Shown: positions 28,231 to 38,820 of the stretch, one piece after another
Numbering within the stretch: position 1 is the first letter of the stretch
Layout of the letters: each line of letters starts with the position of its first letter
IMG/VR virus record: IMGVR_UViG_3300031992_000055
Span: 29,683-93,682 of that record
Length of the DNA: 64,000 nt
Source of the DNA: a virus
Lineage: Duplodnaviria; Caudoviricetes
Reading direction: 5' to 3' (one strand)
Made by a program: the position numbers and the translations under genes
The notes under the pieces: generated by a model
Told to the model about the DNA's origin: nothing
What the model saw: only the letters and a program-made list of their open reading frames with translations
The model's database searches: none

Positions 28231-31200
28231 ATGGCTAAGAAAGATGGAAGTTGGCTTAATAAATTATCAGGCAATATAACTAAAGCTAAAAAGAAGATAG
28301 ATAAAAAGATTCAATCAAATAAAAGGAATAATAAATCTGTCGATATAAATAATACTTGGAGTAGTCCTTTCCCAGAGTTTTATGAAACTGCTGGAGGGAA
28401 CCCTTTTGCACACGCTTTAAGAAAGCAGATATATGATAATCTATATCCAGCAGGGTATGGTAGAGATGATACAGGCACTCTTAGAGAAAGAGCAAATGCT
28501 GTATTATTTAATGAACCAGAGTATTTAGGAGAAAGGCATAAAAATAGGGATGATATATTTGCTACATATCTAGGTATTCCTGAAAGTGAAAGATATGATA
28601 TTGGAGCTCCTAAAGTAGAACTCTCTGAGTATAAACCATCTAACTCCAAAGACAATATTGCTTACTATAGTATTCCTTGGAATTCTATATTGAGACATGA
28701 TGATGGTTCTGCAAGTACTACAGTGGCTAATACTTTTGTAGAAGGAGCAGGTATAACACCTTGGGATTTAAATAAGAATAAAGTTGCTAGTCCTCTTAAT
28801 GCTTTATTTGGAGACCATACCGTTAGTTCTGGCTATGATGATAAAGGGCATTATTATTCTTATTATGATAGATGGGACATAAATCCTTTTTATGGTAAAA
28901 GTGGAGAAAGAAATGGGCTCTTAAAAAGAATTTTAGAAAATAAGGATGATATATCACTTGGAATAGGTACGCCTATAGAATTTTATAATCGTCTTTACTT
29001 AGATGACTATTACGGAGTTCCTGGGAATAAAGGATTATATCTACCTCCTCTTGAAGTTTATGGAGCTAAACACTCTTATGGAGGCCCATTAATTCAGCAG
29101 GCTAATAAGTTTGGGGATGGTGGGCCTAAAAGAAATAAAAAACAAAGAGAGCCTTATTATGGTATATATGGTAATGTATCTCCTTATATAGGAGAAGGTT
29201 CTCCTATACTACAGTATGATGCAGAAAAAGATGAATGGCTTTCTGATACTTGGTCTGATGATTTAGATAGAGTAAAAGAAGAAAAGGAGTGGTATAAGAA
29301 TGCTCCTGAAAGTTTTAGGAACAATTATAGGATGATAGTAGATTTAAATGGTGGTAAAGTTAAATATGTTACTCCAGAGCAACAATACTTAGGATCTTGG
29401 AGAAATAAGGATATTGGTCATTGGGGAGGTGCAACTTTTGGAACTGATGAAAATGGAGATATAGTAGCTGCTAATCCTTTTGATGGTGAGATAATTACTG
29501 GAGATGGCAGATTAGCTGTACCAGTTGAAGGAATGGTAGATGACTATGGAAATCAAATATATGAAGCTGGAAATGACTATTATATAGAAGGTAAAAGCCC
29601 TAATGAATTTGCAGAGGGAGGCTCTCTTAATACTCCTAAACAATGGAAAGACCTATCTGTTAAAGAGAAGTCTGATATAATGAAGGTTGCTATTAGAAAT
29701 GGTATTACTAATCTTCCTGATATTAGGAATAAATATAATGAGTTTGCTGCAGGAGGGAATATATATGGTTTAGGTAGTGTTATGAGTAAAGCATCTAAAG
29801 TCGTTAATAATATAGCAAATAGAGTAGAAGCTGCCAATCAAGCACAACAAAGCAAAGACGCATTTAACTTATATAGCTATTTACCAATGTTATTTACTCA
29901 AGACGGAGTAAATATTTATGTTACTTCTGGTTATAGAGAAGGGGCAAAAGTAAAAGGAAAAGGAAACAGATCAAGACATAGTATAATGAATGGAGCTGCA
30001 GATATTGTTCCTACAGGTAAATCTACTTTTGCTGATATAAGAAGAGTTTTAGATAATCCTCAATCTAATACAGCTAAGTGGTTAGCATCTCATGGTTATG
30101 GTTATCTTGATGAAACTAGTGCTACTGGTACTACTAAATACTGGCATGATTATAATAAAGACCATAGTCATTATCACATAGGTCAAGATTATGGTAATAA
30201 ATACACTGCTTGGTTTAATACAGCAGCTAGTCGTCCAGGACAAGAAATATTCAATGATGGGGATTATATTAATATAGCAAAGGACTATATAAGAAGGAAT
30301 GAAAGTTTCAGAAGAATGTCCTATGCTGACGCTCCTAAAGGAAAAAATTGGAGAAGTACAGGCTATGGCTTTAATGATTCTGGTTTCTGGAGTAAGTATC
30401 CTGGAGGTATATCTAAATATTATGATGCAAGAGGAGGTATAACAGAAGCAGAAGCAGAACAAGAACTTGAATGGATTTTAAGAAATAGTACTATTCCTTA
30501 TCTTGAGAGAACTTATGGTTCTAGTTGGAATAACTTTACTCCTCAACAGAAAGCAGCTATTATAGATACTGCATATCAATCTCCTAATGCAGTAGGAAAC
30601 AAATCAAGATTCTATAGGGCAATTATACAAGGAGATCCTAATGCTATTAATTATCTTGGTGTTACTGGCTATGATAAGAGAAATAATATTAGAAGAAGTT
30701 TATATAATTCTAGAACAATGCCTAATATTACTCCTATTCAACAGCAACAAACTATTCCTGATAATTTAGCATATGGAGATATTTTTAATTATAATCCTTT
30801 ATATGATAATATGTCATCTCCAAGACCAGGAGATTATACAATGGCAGAAAACAGTTTATTACAACAATCATTAGAAGATTCTATAAATGCTTTTAAAGAA
30901 CAACAAGTAGAAGAGGAAAGACAGAGAGTATTAGCAGATAGGCAGCAGAAGAGAAACAATTTAAATTTCTTCCTAGGGATGTCAGGATTCTTTGGAGATA
31001 ATTCTTCTTCAGAAAATTATTTTATGCCTGGTATTATGGGATTGTTGAGTAATACAAATAGTAATCAAAGTGCTTATGGAGGCAATTTATATAAAGGTGG
31101 AAGTTGGTTAAATAACTATACTCCTTCTGCAGTTATAAATAGAGCAAAGAATAGAGTAAGCAAGAAGAGAATTACTCCAAGTGAATATGTAGATAGAGCA

Positions 31201-31920
31201 GTAGAAACTGTTAGAAATGTAGCTAGAGAAACTGCAAATAAGCAGCCTGAGATAATATTCGATGCTTTAGCTGAGGAGATGCCTAGATATAGAGATGTAA
31301 ATATTCCATGGATTGAAGACAAAGCTATTACTCTAACTAATGCTGGAAAGGCTACAGGAGCTAGACTATCTACTAACATGTTAGATAGTATAGCGAAATA
31401 TGCTGATGAAGCAGGGCTTCCTATAGATACAGCAGTTGGCTTAGCAATTAAAGAGACTACATTAGGTAATCCTACGAATGATGCATCACTTTATTATTTA
31501 GCTGGAAGTCCTAACAGGAAAGAGGCCTTCAAAAAATGGTATGCTGAAAGAGGTACTAGACAGTATATAAATCCTGGAGTAGATATAGCAGCAAGTAATT
31601 TAATAAATATGCACTATAGTCCTAATCCTTATAAAGATGCTTTGGCTGAAGCTAGAGAAAAATCAGTAAGTCAAGAAGATTTTAATAGAAGATTGCTGTT
31701 AGGACTGGATTATGCAAATAGAAAAGCAACATCGTTAATTGCTTCTGGAGAATTAAATAAAAATGTATTACAAGCAGGTCTTGAGAAGTATAGAAATTCT
31801 CCGAGAGGATATAACAGCAATCAAAGAAATCATCCGGATTTAGTTGCTGCTAGAGCTATGGAGATTCAGAATAGTCCTGAATATCAGAGATGGAAAAGAA
31901 GTTATAATAAGAAAAAATAA
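28231..31920 (+). CDS. Large multidomain virion protein with predicted peptidoglycan hydrolase domains
   Basis: M15-like (VTSGYR..SRH..AADI..HYHI); lysozyme-like (NESFR..Y.D..TGYGF..AAIIDTAYQ); SLT-like C-terminus (GLAIKETTLG). Confidence 0.65.
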   Translation: MAKKDGSWLNKLSGNITKAKKKIDKKIQSNKRNNKSVDINNTWSSPFPEFYETAGGNPFAHALRKQIYDNLYPAGYGRDDTGTLRERANAVLFNEPEYLGERHKNRDDIFATYLGIPESERYDIGAPKVELSEYKPSNSKDNIAYYSIPWNSILRHDDGSASTTVANTFVEGAGITPWDLNKNKVASPLNALFGDHTVSSGYDDKGHYYSYYDRWDINPFYGKSGERNGLLKRILENKDDISLGIGTPIEFYNRLYLDDYYGVPGNKGLYLPPLEVYGAKHSYGGPLIQQANKFGDGGPKRNKKQREPYYGIYGNVSPYIGEGSPILQYDAEKDEWLSDTWSDDLDRVKEEKEWYKNAPESFRNNYRMIVDLNGGKVKYVTPEQQYLGSWRNKDIGHWGGATFGTDENGDIVAANPFDGEIITGDGRLAVPVEGMVDDYGNQIYEAGNDYYIEGKSPNEFAEGGSLNTPKQWKDLSVKEKSDIMKVAIRNGITNLPDIRNKYNEFAAGGNIYGLGSVMSKASKVVNNIANRVEAANQAQQSKDAFNLYSYLPMLFTQDGVNIYVTSGYREGAKVKGKGNRSRHSIMNGAADIVPTGKSTFADIRRVLDNPQSNTAKWLASHGYGYLDETSATGTTKYWHDYNKDHSHYHIGQDYGNKYTAWFNTAASRPGQEIFNDGDYINIAKDYIRRNESFRRMSYADAPKGKNWRSTGYGFNDSGFWSKYPGGISKYYDARGGITEAEAEQELEWILRNSTIPYLERTYGSSWNNFTPQQKAAIIDTAYQSPNAVGNKSRFYRAIIQGDPNAINYLGVTGYDKRNNIRRSLYNSRTMPNITPIQQQQTIPDNLAYGDIFNYNPLYDNMSSPRPGDYTMAENSLLQQSLEDSINAFKEQQVEEERQRVLADRQQKRNNLNFFLGMSGFFGDNSSSENYFMPGIMGLLSNTNSNQSAYGGNLYKGGSWLNNYTPSAVINRAKNRVSKKRITPSEYVDRAVETVRNVARETANKQPEIIFDALAEEMPRYRDVNIPWIEDKAITLTNAGKATGARLSTNMLDSIAKYADEAGLPIDTAVGLAIKETTLGNPTNDASLYYLAGSPNRKEAFKKWYAERGTRQYINPGVDIAASNLINMHYSPNPYKDALAEAREKSVSQEDFNRRLLLGLDYANRKATSLIASGELNKNVLQAGLEKYRNSPRGYNSNQRNHPDLVAARAMEIQNSPEYQRWKRSYNKKK

Positions 31921-31931
31921 TATATAAAACT

Positions 31932-32087
31932 ATGGCAAAAATTCATATTAATCCTAAGAACAAAGGAAAGTTTACTGCAACTAAAAAGAGAACTGGAAAA
32001 TCTACTGAGGAGTTAACTCACAGCAAGAACCCACTGACTAGAAAGAGAGCTATTTTTGCACAAAATGCAAAGAAATGGAAGCATTAA
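31932..32087 (+). CDS. Small basic crAss-like protein (51 aa, not in ORF track)
   Basis: MAKIHINPKNKGKFT...KRAIFAQNAKKWKH. Confidence 0.75.
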   Translation: MAKIHINPKNKGKFTATKKRTGKSTEELTHSKNPLTRKRAIFAQNAKKWKH

Positions 32088-32177
32088 ATTTATTATACAT
32101 TAATACTTTTCTTATGCTCTTTTTATGTAATAGTTTCTAAGTTAATTTTGCAAATATAATAATTAAAATATGACAAT

Positions 32178-34604
32178 ATGGCATACAATGGATTAGGAGG
32201 ATTTCCTTCTCAACAGTTGTCATTCAGTAGAAAGAATAAAGTATGGAGGAAGAAGTGTGTAGACTTTGGTGATGACCATAGTCTTCTGCACTATCATCTT
32301 ACCAGGAAGTCTGTATTTTCTATGAAGATTAACTATGATCTTCTTAATGGCAAGTTGCACATGTCTGACTTGAGGATGCTATTAAATCCTTATGAGCTTG
32401 ATGCTTCTTTTGTGCCAGATTCAATACAGCATTATCCTATATTGAACTCTAAACTTGAAGTTCTTAGAGGAGAAGAGAGTGAGAGATGGTTTGATTTTAG
32501 GGTAATAGTTACTAACCCTACTGCTGTATCTGAAATAGAGGAAGAGAAGAATGAGCAGTTAAATGGGATGTTGCAGCAGTTGTTAGCAGATACTTCACAA
32601 AGTCAAGAGGATTTTGATAAAGAAGCTGAAGGTCTTGTTGACTATTTTAGGTATGACTATCAGGACAAGAGAGAAATGAGGGCTAATAGGCTTCTTAATC
32701 ACTATATGCAGGAGTTAGATATTCCTCAATTGTTTAATAGAGGATTTGTTGATGCTCTTACTGTAGGGGAGGAAATATACCAATGCAGTATTGTTGGAGG
32801 AGAGCCTTTTATAGAGAAGATAGATCCAATGAAAATTAGAGTAATAAGATCTGGATATTCTAATAAAATAGAAGATGCAGATATTATTATTCTAGAAGAT
32901 TACTGGAGTCCTGGTAGAGTATTAGACACTTATTGGGATCAACTATCTCCCAAAGACATAAAAGCTATAGATGAGGCCCCTGATAATATGGGAAGTACCT
33001 ATAGTGATTCTATGGATAATGTAGATGAGAGATATGGCTTTGTTCCTAATTTAAGTTTGGACATGGTAGCAGGAGATACTTTCATTGATCCTTTAAGCCT
33101 GTTTGAGGAGCATATAGATACCAGTCTTCTTCCTTATGATATGAATGGCAACATTAGAGTGCTTAGGGTATACTGGAAGTCAAGAAGAAAAATAAAGAAG
33201 GTAAAAAGTTATAATCCTGAAACAGGAGAAGAAGAGTTTAATTTCTATCCTGAGACCTTCCACTGTAATCCTGATAAGGGTGAGGAAGAAGAGGTGTTTT
33301 GGATTAATGAGGCTTGGGAAGGTACTAAGATAGGTAATGATATATATGTTGATATGAGACCTTGTCCTATACAGTACAACAGGCTCAGCAATCCTTCTGC
33401 TTGTCACTTTGGTATTATAGGTTCTCTGTATAATATTAATGGGGATGTAGCCTATAGCATGATTGACATGATGAAGCCTTACAGTTATTTATATGATGTT
33501 GTCCATGATAGATTAAACAAGACTCTTGCCAAGAATTTAGGAAAAATAGTAAGGATGGACTTTGCTAAAGTTCCTAAGGGATGGGAGGTAGAAAAATGGC
33601 TTTATTATATTAAGGTGAACAATATTGCTGTTGAGGATAGCTTCAATGAAGGAGATAGAGGTATGGCTACTGGTAAACTTGCCGGTGGTATGAATAATGC
33701 TTCTTCTGGAGTTATTGATGCTTCTTTAGGAAATGAAATTCAACAGTATATTAATTATCTTGAATGGATATCAAATAAGATAGGGGAAATCTCTGGCATA
33801 TCAAGACAAAGAGAAGGTCAGATTTCTAATAGAGAAACTGTTGGGGGTGTAGAAAGAGCTACTTTGCAGTCTTCCCATATTACTAAGAGATGGTTCTTTA
33901 TTCATGACAGTGTGAAAAAGAGAGCTCTTGAGTGCTTCCTTGAGACTGCTAAGATTGCTATGAAGGGAAGAAAGAAGAAATTCAGCTACATTCTATCAGA
34001 TGGCTCTATGCAGTTTATTGATATTGATGGTGATGAGTTTGCAGAATGTGACTACGGTCTTGTAGTAGATAACAGCACAGGTACACAAGAGCTTAACCAG
34101 AAGCTTGATGTTCTTGCTCAGGCTGCCTTACAGAATCAGCTGCTTGACTTTTCTAGCATCATGAAGCTCTACACTACTAAGTCTGTTGCTGAAAAGCAGA
34201 GAATGGTTGAGGCTAATGAAAGAAGAGTTAGAGAAGAGCAACAGCAACAACAGCAGCAGCAAATGCAGTTGCAACAGCAACAGATACAGCAGCAAGGTCA
34301 GATTGCAGAACAGCAGCAGCAGTTGCAATATCAGATGCATCAAGAAGATAATGAGACTAAGTTGCTTGTGGCTCAGATTAACTCCCAGGCTGAAGCAGAC
34401 AGGTTAGCTCTTATGAATGAGGAGCAAGGTCTTACAAGAGCAGAAGAGGCTGAATATAAGCAGCAAGAGTTAAGTCAAAGTGCTAAGGAATTCGAGGCCA
34501 AGATGAAGCAAGAAAGTGATAAGCTTGCCTTCGAAAGAAAGAAGCATGAGGATGATGTCAGACTTAAAGAGAAGCAGATAAACAAGTCTGGTTCTAAGAA
34601 GTAA
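32178..34604 (+). CDS. Portal protein
   Basis: FPSQQLSFSRK..W, INYDLLNG, GISRQREGQISNRETVGGVERA; Q-rich C-terminal barrel. Confidence 0.92.
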   Translation: MAYNGLGGFPSQQLSFSRKNKVWRKKCVDFGDDHSLLHYHLTRKSVFSMKINYDLLNGKLHMSDLRMLLNPYELDASFVPDSIQHYPILNSKLEVLRGEESERWFDFRVIVTNPTAVSEIEEEKNEQLNGMLQQLLADTSQSQEDFDKEAEGLVDYFRYDYQDKREMRANRLLNHYMQELDIPQLFNRGFVDALTVGEEIYQCSIVGGEPFIEKIDPMKIRVIRSGYSNKIEDADIIILEDYWSPGRVLDTYWDQLSPKDIKAIDEAPDNMGSTYSDSMDNVDERYGFVPNLSLDMVAGDTFIDPLSLFEEHIDTSLLPYDMNGNIRVLRVYWKSRRKIKKVKSYNPETGEEEFNFYPETFHCNPDKGEEEEVFWINEAWEGTKIGNDIYVDMRPCPIQYNRLSNPSACHFGIIGSLYNINGDVAYSMIDMMKPYSYLYDVVHDRLNKTLAKNLGKIVRMDFAKVPKGWEVEKWLYYIKVNNIAVEDSFNEGDRGMATGKLAGGMNNASSGVIDASLGNEIQQYINYLEWISNKIGEISGISRQREGQISNRETVGGVERATLQSSHITKRWFFIHDSVKKRALECFLETAKIAMKGRKKKFSYILSDGSMQFIDIDGDEFAECDYGLVVDNSTGTQELNQKLDVLAQAALQNQLLDFSSIMKLYTTKSVAEKQRMVEANERRVREEQQQQQQQQMQLQQQQIQQQGQIAEQQQQLQYQMHQEDNETKLLVAQINSQAEADRLALMNEEQGLTRAEEAEYKQQELSQSAKEFEAKMKQESDKLAFERKKHEDDVRLKEKQINKSGSKK

Positions 34605-34662
34605 TTAGGAAGTTTCTTTTAATTAAGATACTTAATGTTATAGTTATTATTTTTGCAAAAAT

Positions 34663-37600
34663 ATGATATTTATGAGTAAGATAATTAAAGACAAACACAT
34701 TGGAGAAGCGACGCTTTCAAAGAAGCCGACTCAAGGCATTTCTCTTGTTATTAATGAGGGAGCTGTTACTACTGATAAGATAGCTGATAAAGCAGTGACT
34801 CCTGAGAAGCTCAGTGATTCTGTCAAAGAAGAACTTGTAGATCCTAGTATTCAAGATTTGCAGAATCAAATTGATTCTATTCAAACTACTGGAATTGCTC
34901 TTAGTGGTGAACTTGGAGATAATACCCATATTGGCATACACCAACAGAAGATTACTGAAACTGTAAATGATCTTGATTCTAGAATTATTTCTGCTGGTGA
35001 TAAAGCTGATGAGGCTTTAATGTTGGCAAGAAGTATTAGTGAAACTCCTGCTGTAAATAAGGTATTTGTTGGATCTGATAATAATGAGGGGATGTTGGAG
35101 CCAGAGGCTGGAACTGTTACTTGGCCTACTCCAATCAGGCAGATTATTTATATAACTCATTGGAGAAAAGAAGAAGCTTCTTGGCAAGGAGAGGAAGGAG
35201 AGTATTGGTATGATCCAACTGAAAACATGCTTTATTTATTTGTAACAGAAGGAAATCATACTTACACAATTGATGTTACGCTTCATCCTGAAAGTTTATA
35301 TATCTACAATAATGAAGGATATAGATATGATGTAACTTCTAATACTCTTGTAAAAGTATTGAATAGTGCGTCTGGTTCTAATACTAGTGGAAAAATCTTT
35401 CCTGTAGTAGCACTTACTCAAAATATAGATACAGATCCTATTGACTATACTAAAGTAAATATAGGAGATTATCTATTTATAGAAGATTATGTTGCTAAAT
35501 ATATAGGAAATGGAGCCATTGACACTAATATAGAGGATGGTACTTTCTTTGTATGGAAGGAAGACTTGTTTATGTCAACTCAAGGAGGTTATCTTAGCAC
35601 AATGATTGATCATTATGTTGTAACTAATGATATTATTAATAGAGCAGTAACTACAGATAAAATTGCAGATAAAGCAATTACTACTACTAAGATAGCAGAT
35701 AAAGCCATTACAAAAGATCAGATAGCTGATATGACTATTGAAGGCAGTAATATACGACATGCAACTATCACAGGACATCATATAGCATCTGGTACTATTG
35801 ACGGAGAGCATATTGTTAGCAAATCAATTACTGGTAATAATATAGCTGATCAAACTATAACAGGAGATAAACTTGTCAATGGCACTATTACAAATAATAA
35901 GATTCAAGCAGGTTCTATTGGAGAACAAGAGATTGCTGAAGGTGGAGTAAAAGGCTATAATATTGGAGAAGAAGAAATTACTGCTTTCCATCTTTCAAGT
36001 GGATGTGTTGGTGCAGATGCTCTTGGAGATGGAGTAATATATTCTACTCATATAGTTGATGGTGAGATTACTACAAATAAAATTAAGAATCTTGGTGTTA
36101 CTACTAATAAGATAGCTAATGGTGCTGTAGATGCCAATAAGTTAGCTACAAATTCTGTTACTACTGCAAAAGTAGCTAATGGAGCCATTACAGATACCAA
36201 ATTAGCATCAAAGTACATAAAAGGAATCAGAGTTAATGGAGGAGATCCTTATTTTCCTGGTGATGATCGAATAGTAAATCTTAATATTGATAGTGGTGGA
36301 GGAGTATCTCCAATAGGTCCATCTATTCCAGAGGGATTTGATGAGATTCCTACTAATCCTGAAGAGCCGACAGTTCTTTATTCTTATTTGTTAGAAGAGG
36401 ATGAAAAATATTTAGTATCTAAAGAGTATACAGTTGATGGTGGTTTATTAGAGTTTCCTCCAAATGTGCAGCTTCTTTTTAACGGAGGAAAGATTACAGG
36501 AAATGCTGTTCTTGTAGGTAATGGTACTAAAATAATAGATACTACAGAACAGATTTTTGGAGAAGATGTAGCTATTGACAATCAAGGAACTTGGAATATT
36601 GAGTTTGCCAGACCTGAATGGTTTGGTGCAAAATCAGATGATGTTGATTATGGTTCTTGGCCTCTTAGGATATATGGAGCAACAGTTAATAATGTAACAG
36701 ATAGTGGTACTCTAAATGACAATAGTAACTATCCACATGATCCTGATATTTTTTTCAGCACGGCTTCAAAACCTGTAATTGATTCACAAACACATCAGCC
36801 TACTGGAGAATATTATATAGTATATGAAAAAATACATGATTTAGGTCTAGCTCCTGATTCTATTGCTTTTAATGTAGTTTATGATACCAGTAACAAGTGT
36901 TTCCTTTATGAGTATTCAGAGGGTGGAAATACTTATTACTATTCTAAGTGGCATAATTCAGAAGAATGGAATGACTATTCTGGAGAATATGTTAGAGCAA
37001 GAAGAGATTGCGTTTTCATCAGCAGTTCAGAAGTAAACGGAAGAACTTTTGGATCAACAACAGGAATTCAAACAGCTGCTCATATATTTAAGTATAATTC
37101 AGATAATGAATTATTACCTTCATTTATTGATCTTATTACCTATAATGATTGTAGAATTCCTTTCCAAAGGGCATTGATTATGGGAAGGGGAAACATACAA
37201 CTTCAGAAAGATGGAGTGTATACTTTTAGATCAGCTGCAATAAATGGAGAAGGTGAATATGCTTGTATTGATTTTAATAATCTTCTTTATGATGGAACTT
37301 TTGAAGGAAATGGTGCTACTCTTTTCTTTCTCCCTCAGGAAATAAAAGTTGGAAATGTAGTTGTAGATTTCAATGGTTTCTACATTAATGGTAGTCCTTC
37401 TAATAATACTAAATATACTATTCAAAATTTAAAATGTACTACAATTAGAGGATTTAAAGTAGAAGATAATGAAAACTATATACATATAGATTGTACTACA
37501 TCTAACTGCAAACTTTTCCAAATACAAAGAGGTTTTGATGTTAATATAAAAAACATTGAAACTATGTATATGCATGAAGATTTTTATACTACGGCTAATG

Positions 37601-38790
37601 GATTAAATAATCCTCTTCCTGCAGGAAGAGGCATTGTTATTAAAAATTGGAAAAGTAGAGAATCTTCTCAACCATTATATTGTGGTTGGGGCATGCAAAA
37701 GTTAGTAATTGAAGATTCCGATATTACTAATAGGAGATATGGGCAAGCAGGACATCATATGTTTTATATTAACTTTGGTGGAACATCTGTAAGAGATCAT
37801 ATATTATGTAAGAATACAAAAGTTGTAATCCCAGATGGTTTTACTTCATGTGTATTTGATCTCACAACTATAGCGGAAGGCAGTTCTTTTAACTATGCAA
37901 GACTTCAAAACACTATTAAGTTTATAGATTGTGATGTAATAGGTCATTCTTTTGGAACTGTAAATAGAGGAGTAACTTTAATATGTGAAAATTTAAAGTT
38001 CTATGCTACAGACGATACTGTAGTGTCTAAAGATCTTACTATATTAGATGATAGATCTATATTCAATAAAACAGTAAATGCACCAGCAGCTTTTGAATTT
38101 ACAGATTGTTTCTTTGAATGTGGAAGTGCTCCTTTCTTCAGGAATAATTCGAATAGTAATTATGGGCAAGACATCTTAACTATGAGAAATTGTAGAGTAA
38201 GTGGAAGTTTTGGAGAAAGCTCATATACTAATAAATCTGGTAAAGATTTAAGCTCTTCAGTTATTGTTACAAGAGGATATATTAGTGTTAAGAACTGTGC
38301 TTTTGAAACTCCATATGCTCCAGTTATATCTATGGGAGGAGGGATTGGTGATGATTATATACTAGGAGCTAAAGGCAAATGCAGAAAATTTGAATTTGAA
38401 AACAATACTGCTAATTGTGCAGGTTATTTCTTCTATGCTACAGATGTTAATAATACTGTAGGAAGTACTATTATTAATAATAGAATACACATTGCTCATA
38501 CTAGAATTAAAATTAGAGGAAATAGTTATTACTGGATGGCCGCACTAGCAACTTGTTTTTATAATAATGATTCAGAATCTGCTACCTATACAGTGTCTGA
38601 TTTAGATAATGTGTCTATTGCATATAATACTATAGTAACTAATGCAAATGAGCTTCCTAGTACTGGTATGAGTAGTACTACCCAAAAGGCTACTAGTATT
38701 ACTACAAGAATTGTAAACAGTAATTATACTTTGTTTAAAGGAAATACTGTTGATGGAGTTGTTAAAGGTCCTGAAGATGAACAGTTATAA
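34663..38790 (+). CDS. Tail fibre/spike with pentad-repeat shaft and beta-helix (depolymerase-like) C-terminus
   Basis: AVTTDKIADKA repeats; PEWFGAKSD followed by an N/I/T-rich beta-helix-like region. Confidence 0.75.
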   Translation: MIFMSKIIKDKHIGEATLSKKPTQGISLVINEGAVTTDKIADKAVTPEKLSDSVKEELVDPSIQDLQNQIDSIQTTGIALSGELGDNTHIGIHQQKITETVNDLDSRIISAGDKADEALMLARSISETPAVNKVFVGSDNNEGMLEPEAGTVTWPTPIRQIIYITHWRKEEASWQGEEGEYWYDPTENMLYLFVTEGNHTYTIDVTLHPESLYIYNNEGYRYDVTSNTLVKVLNSASGSNTSGKIFPVVALTQNIDTDPIDYTKVNIGDYLFIEDYVAKYIGNGAIDTNIEDGTFFVWKEDLFMSTQGGYLSTMIDHYVVTNDIINRAVTTDKIADKAITTTKIADKAITKDQIADMTIEGSNIRHATITGHHIASGTIDGEHIVSKSITGNNIADQTITGDKLVNGTITNNKIQAGSIGEQEIAEGGVKGYNIGEEEITAFHLSSGCVGADALGDGVIYSTHIVDGEITTNKIKNLGVTTNKIANGAVDANKLATNSVTTAKVANGAITDTKLASKYIKGIRVNGGDPYFPGDDRIVNLNIDSGGGVSPIGPSIPEGFDEIPTNPEEPTVLYSYLLEEDEKYLVSKEYTVDGGLLEFPPNVQLLFNGGKITGNAVLVGNGTKIIDTTEQIFGEDVAIDNQGTWNIEFARPEWFGAKSDDVDYGSWPLRIYGATVNNVTDSGTLNDNSNYPHDPDIFFSTASKPVIDSQTHQPTGEYYIVYEKIHDLGLAPDSIAFNVVYDTSNKCFLYEYSEGGNTYYYSKWHNSEEWNDYSGEYVRARRDCVFISSSEVNGRTFGSTTGIQTAAHIFKYNSDNELLPSFIDLITYNDCRIPFQRALIMGRGNIQLQKDGVYTFRSAAINGEGEYACIDFNNLLYDGTFEGNGATLFFLPQEIKVGNVVVDFNGFYINGSPSNNTKYTIQNLKCTTIRGFKVEDNENYIHIDCTTSNCKLFQIQRGFDVNIKNIETMYMHEDFYTTANGLNNPLPAGRGIVIKNWKSRESSQPLYCGWGMQKLVIEDSDITNRRYGQAGHHMFYINFGGTSVRDHILCKNTKVVIPDGFTSCVFDLTTIAEGSSFNYARLQNTIKFIDCDVIGHSFGTVNRGVTLICENLKFYATDDTVVSKDLTILDDRSIFNKTVNAPAAFEFTDCFFECGSAPFFRNNSNSNYGQDILTMRNCRVSGSFGESSYTNKSGKDLSSSVIVTRGYISVKNCAFETPYAPVISMGGGIGDDYILGAKGKCRKFEFENNTANCAGYFFYATDVNNTVGSTIINNRIHIAHTRIKIRGNSYYWMAALATCFYNNDSESATYTVSDLDNVSIAYNTIVTNANELPSTGMSSTTQKATSITTRIVNSNYTLFKGNTVDGVVKGPEDEQL

Positions 38791-38820
38791 CCAAGTAATT
38801 TATAAATAAATAAAATAAAT

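Noticed and set aside
34239-34335. CAG/CAA tract in portal (and 7213-7250 in the vWA gene) as a contingency locus
   Set aside because: Mixed codons encoding ordinary Q-rich coiled-coil or linker segments.
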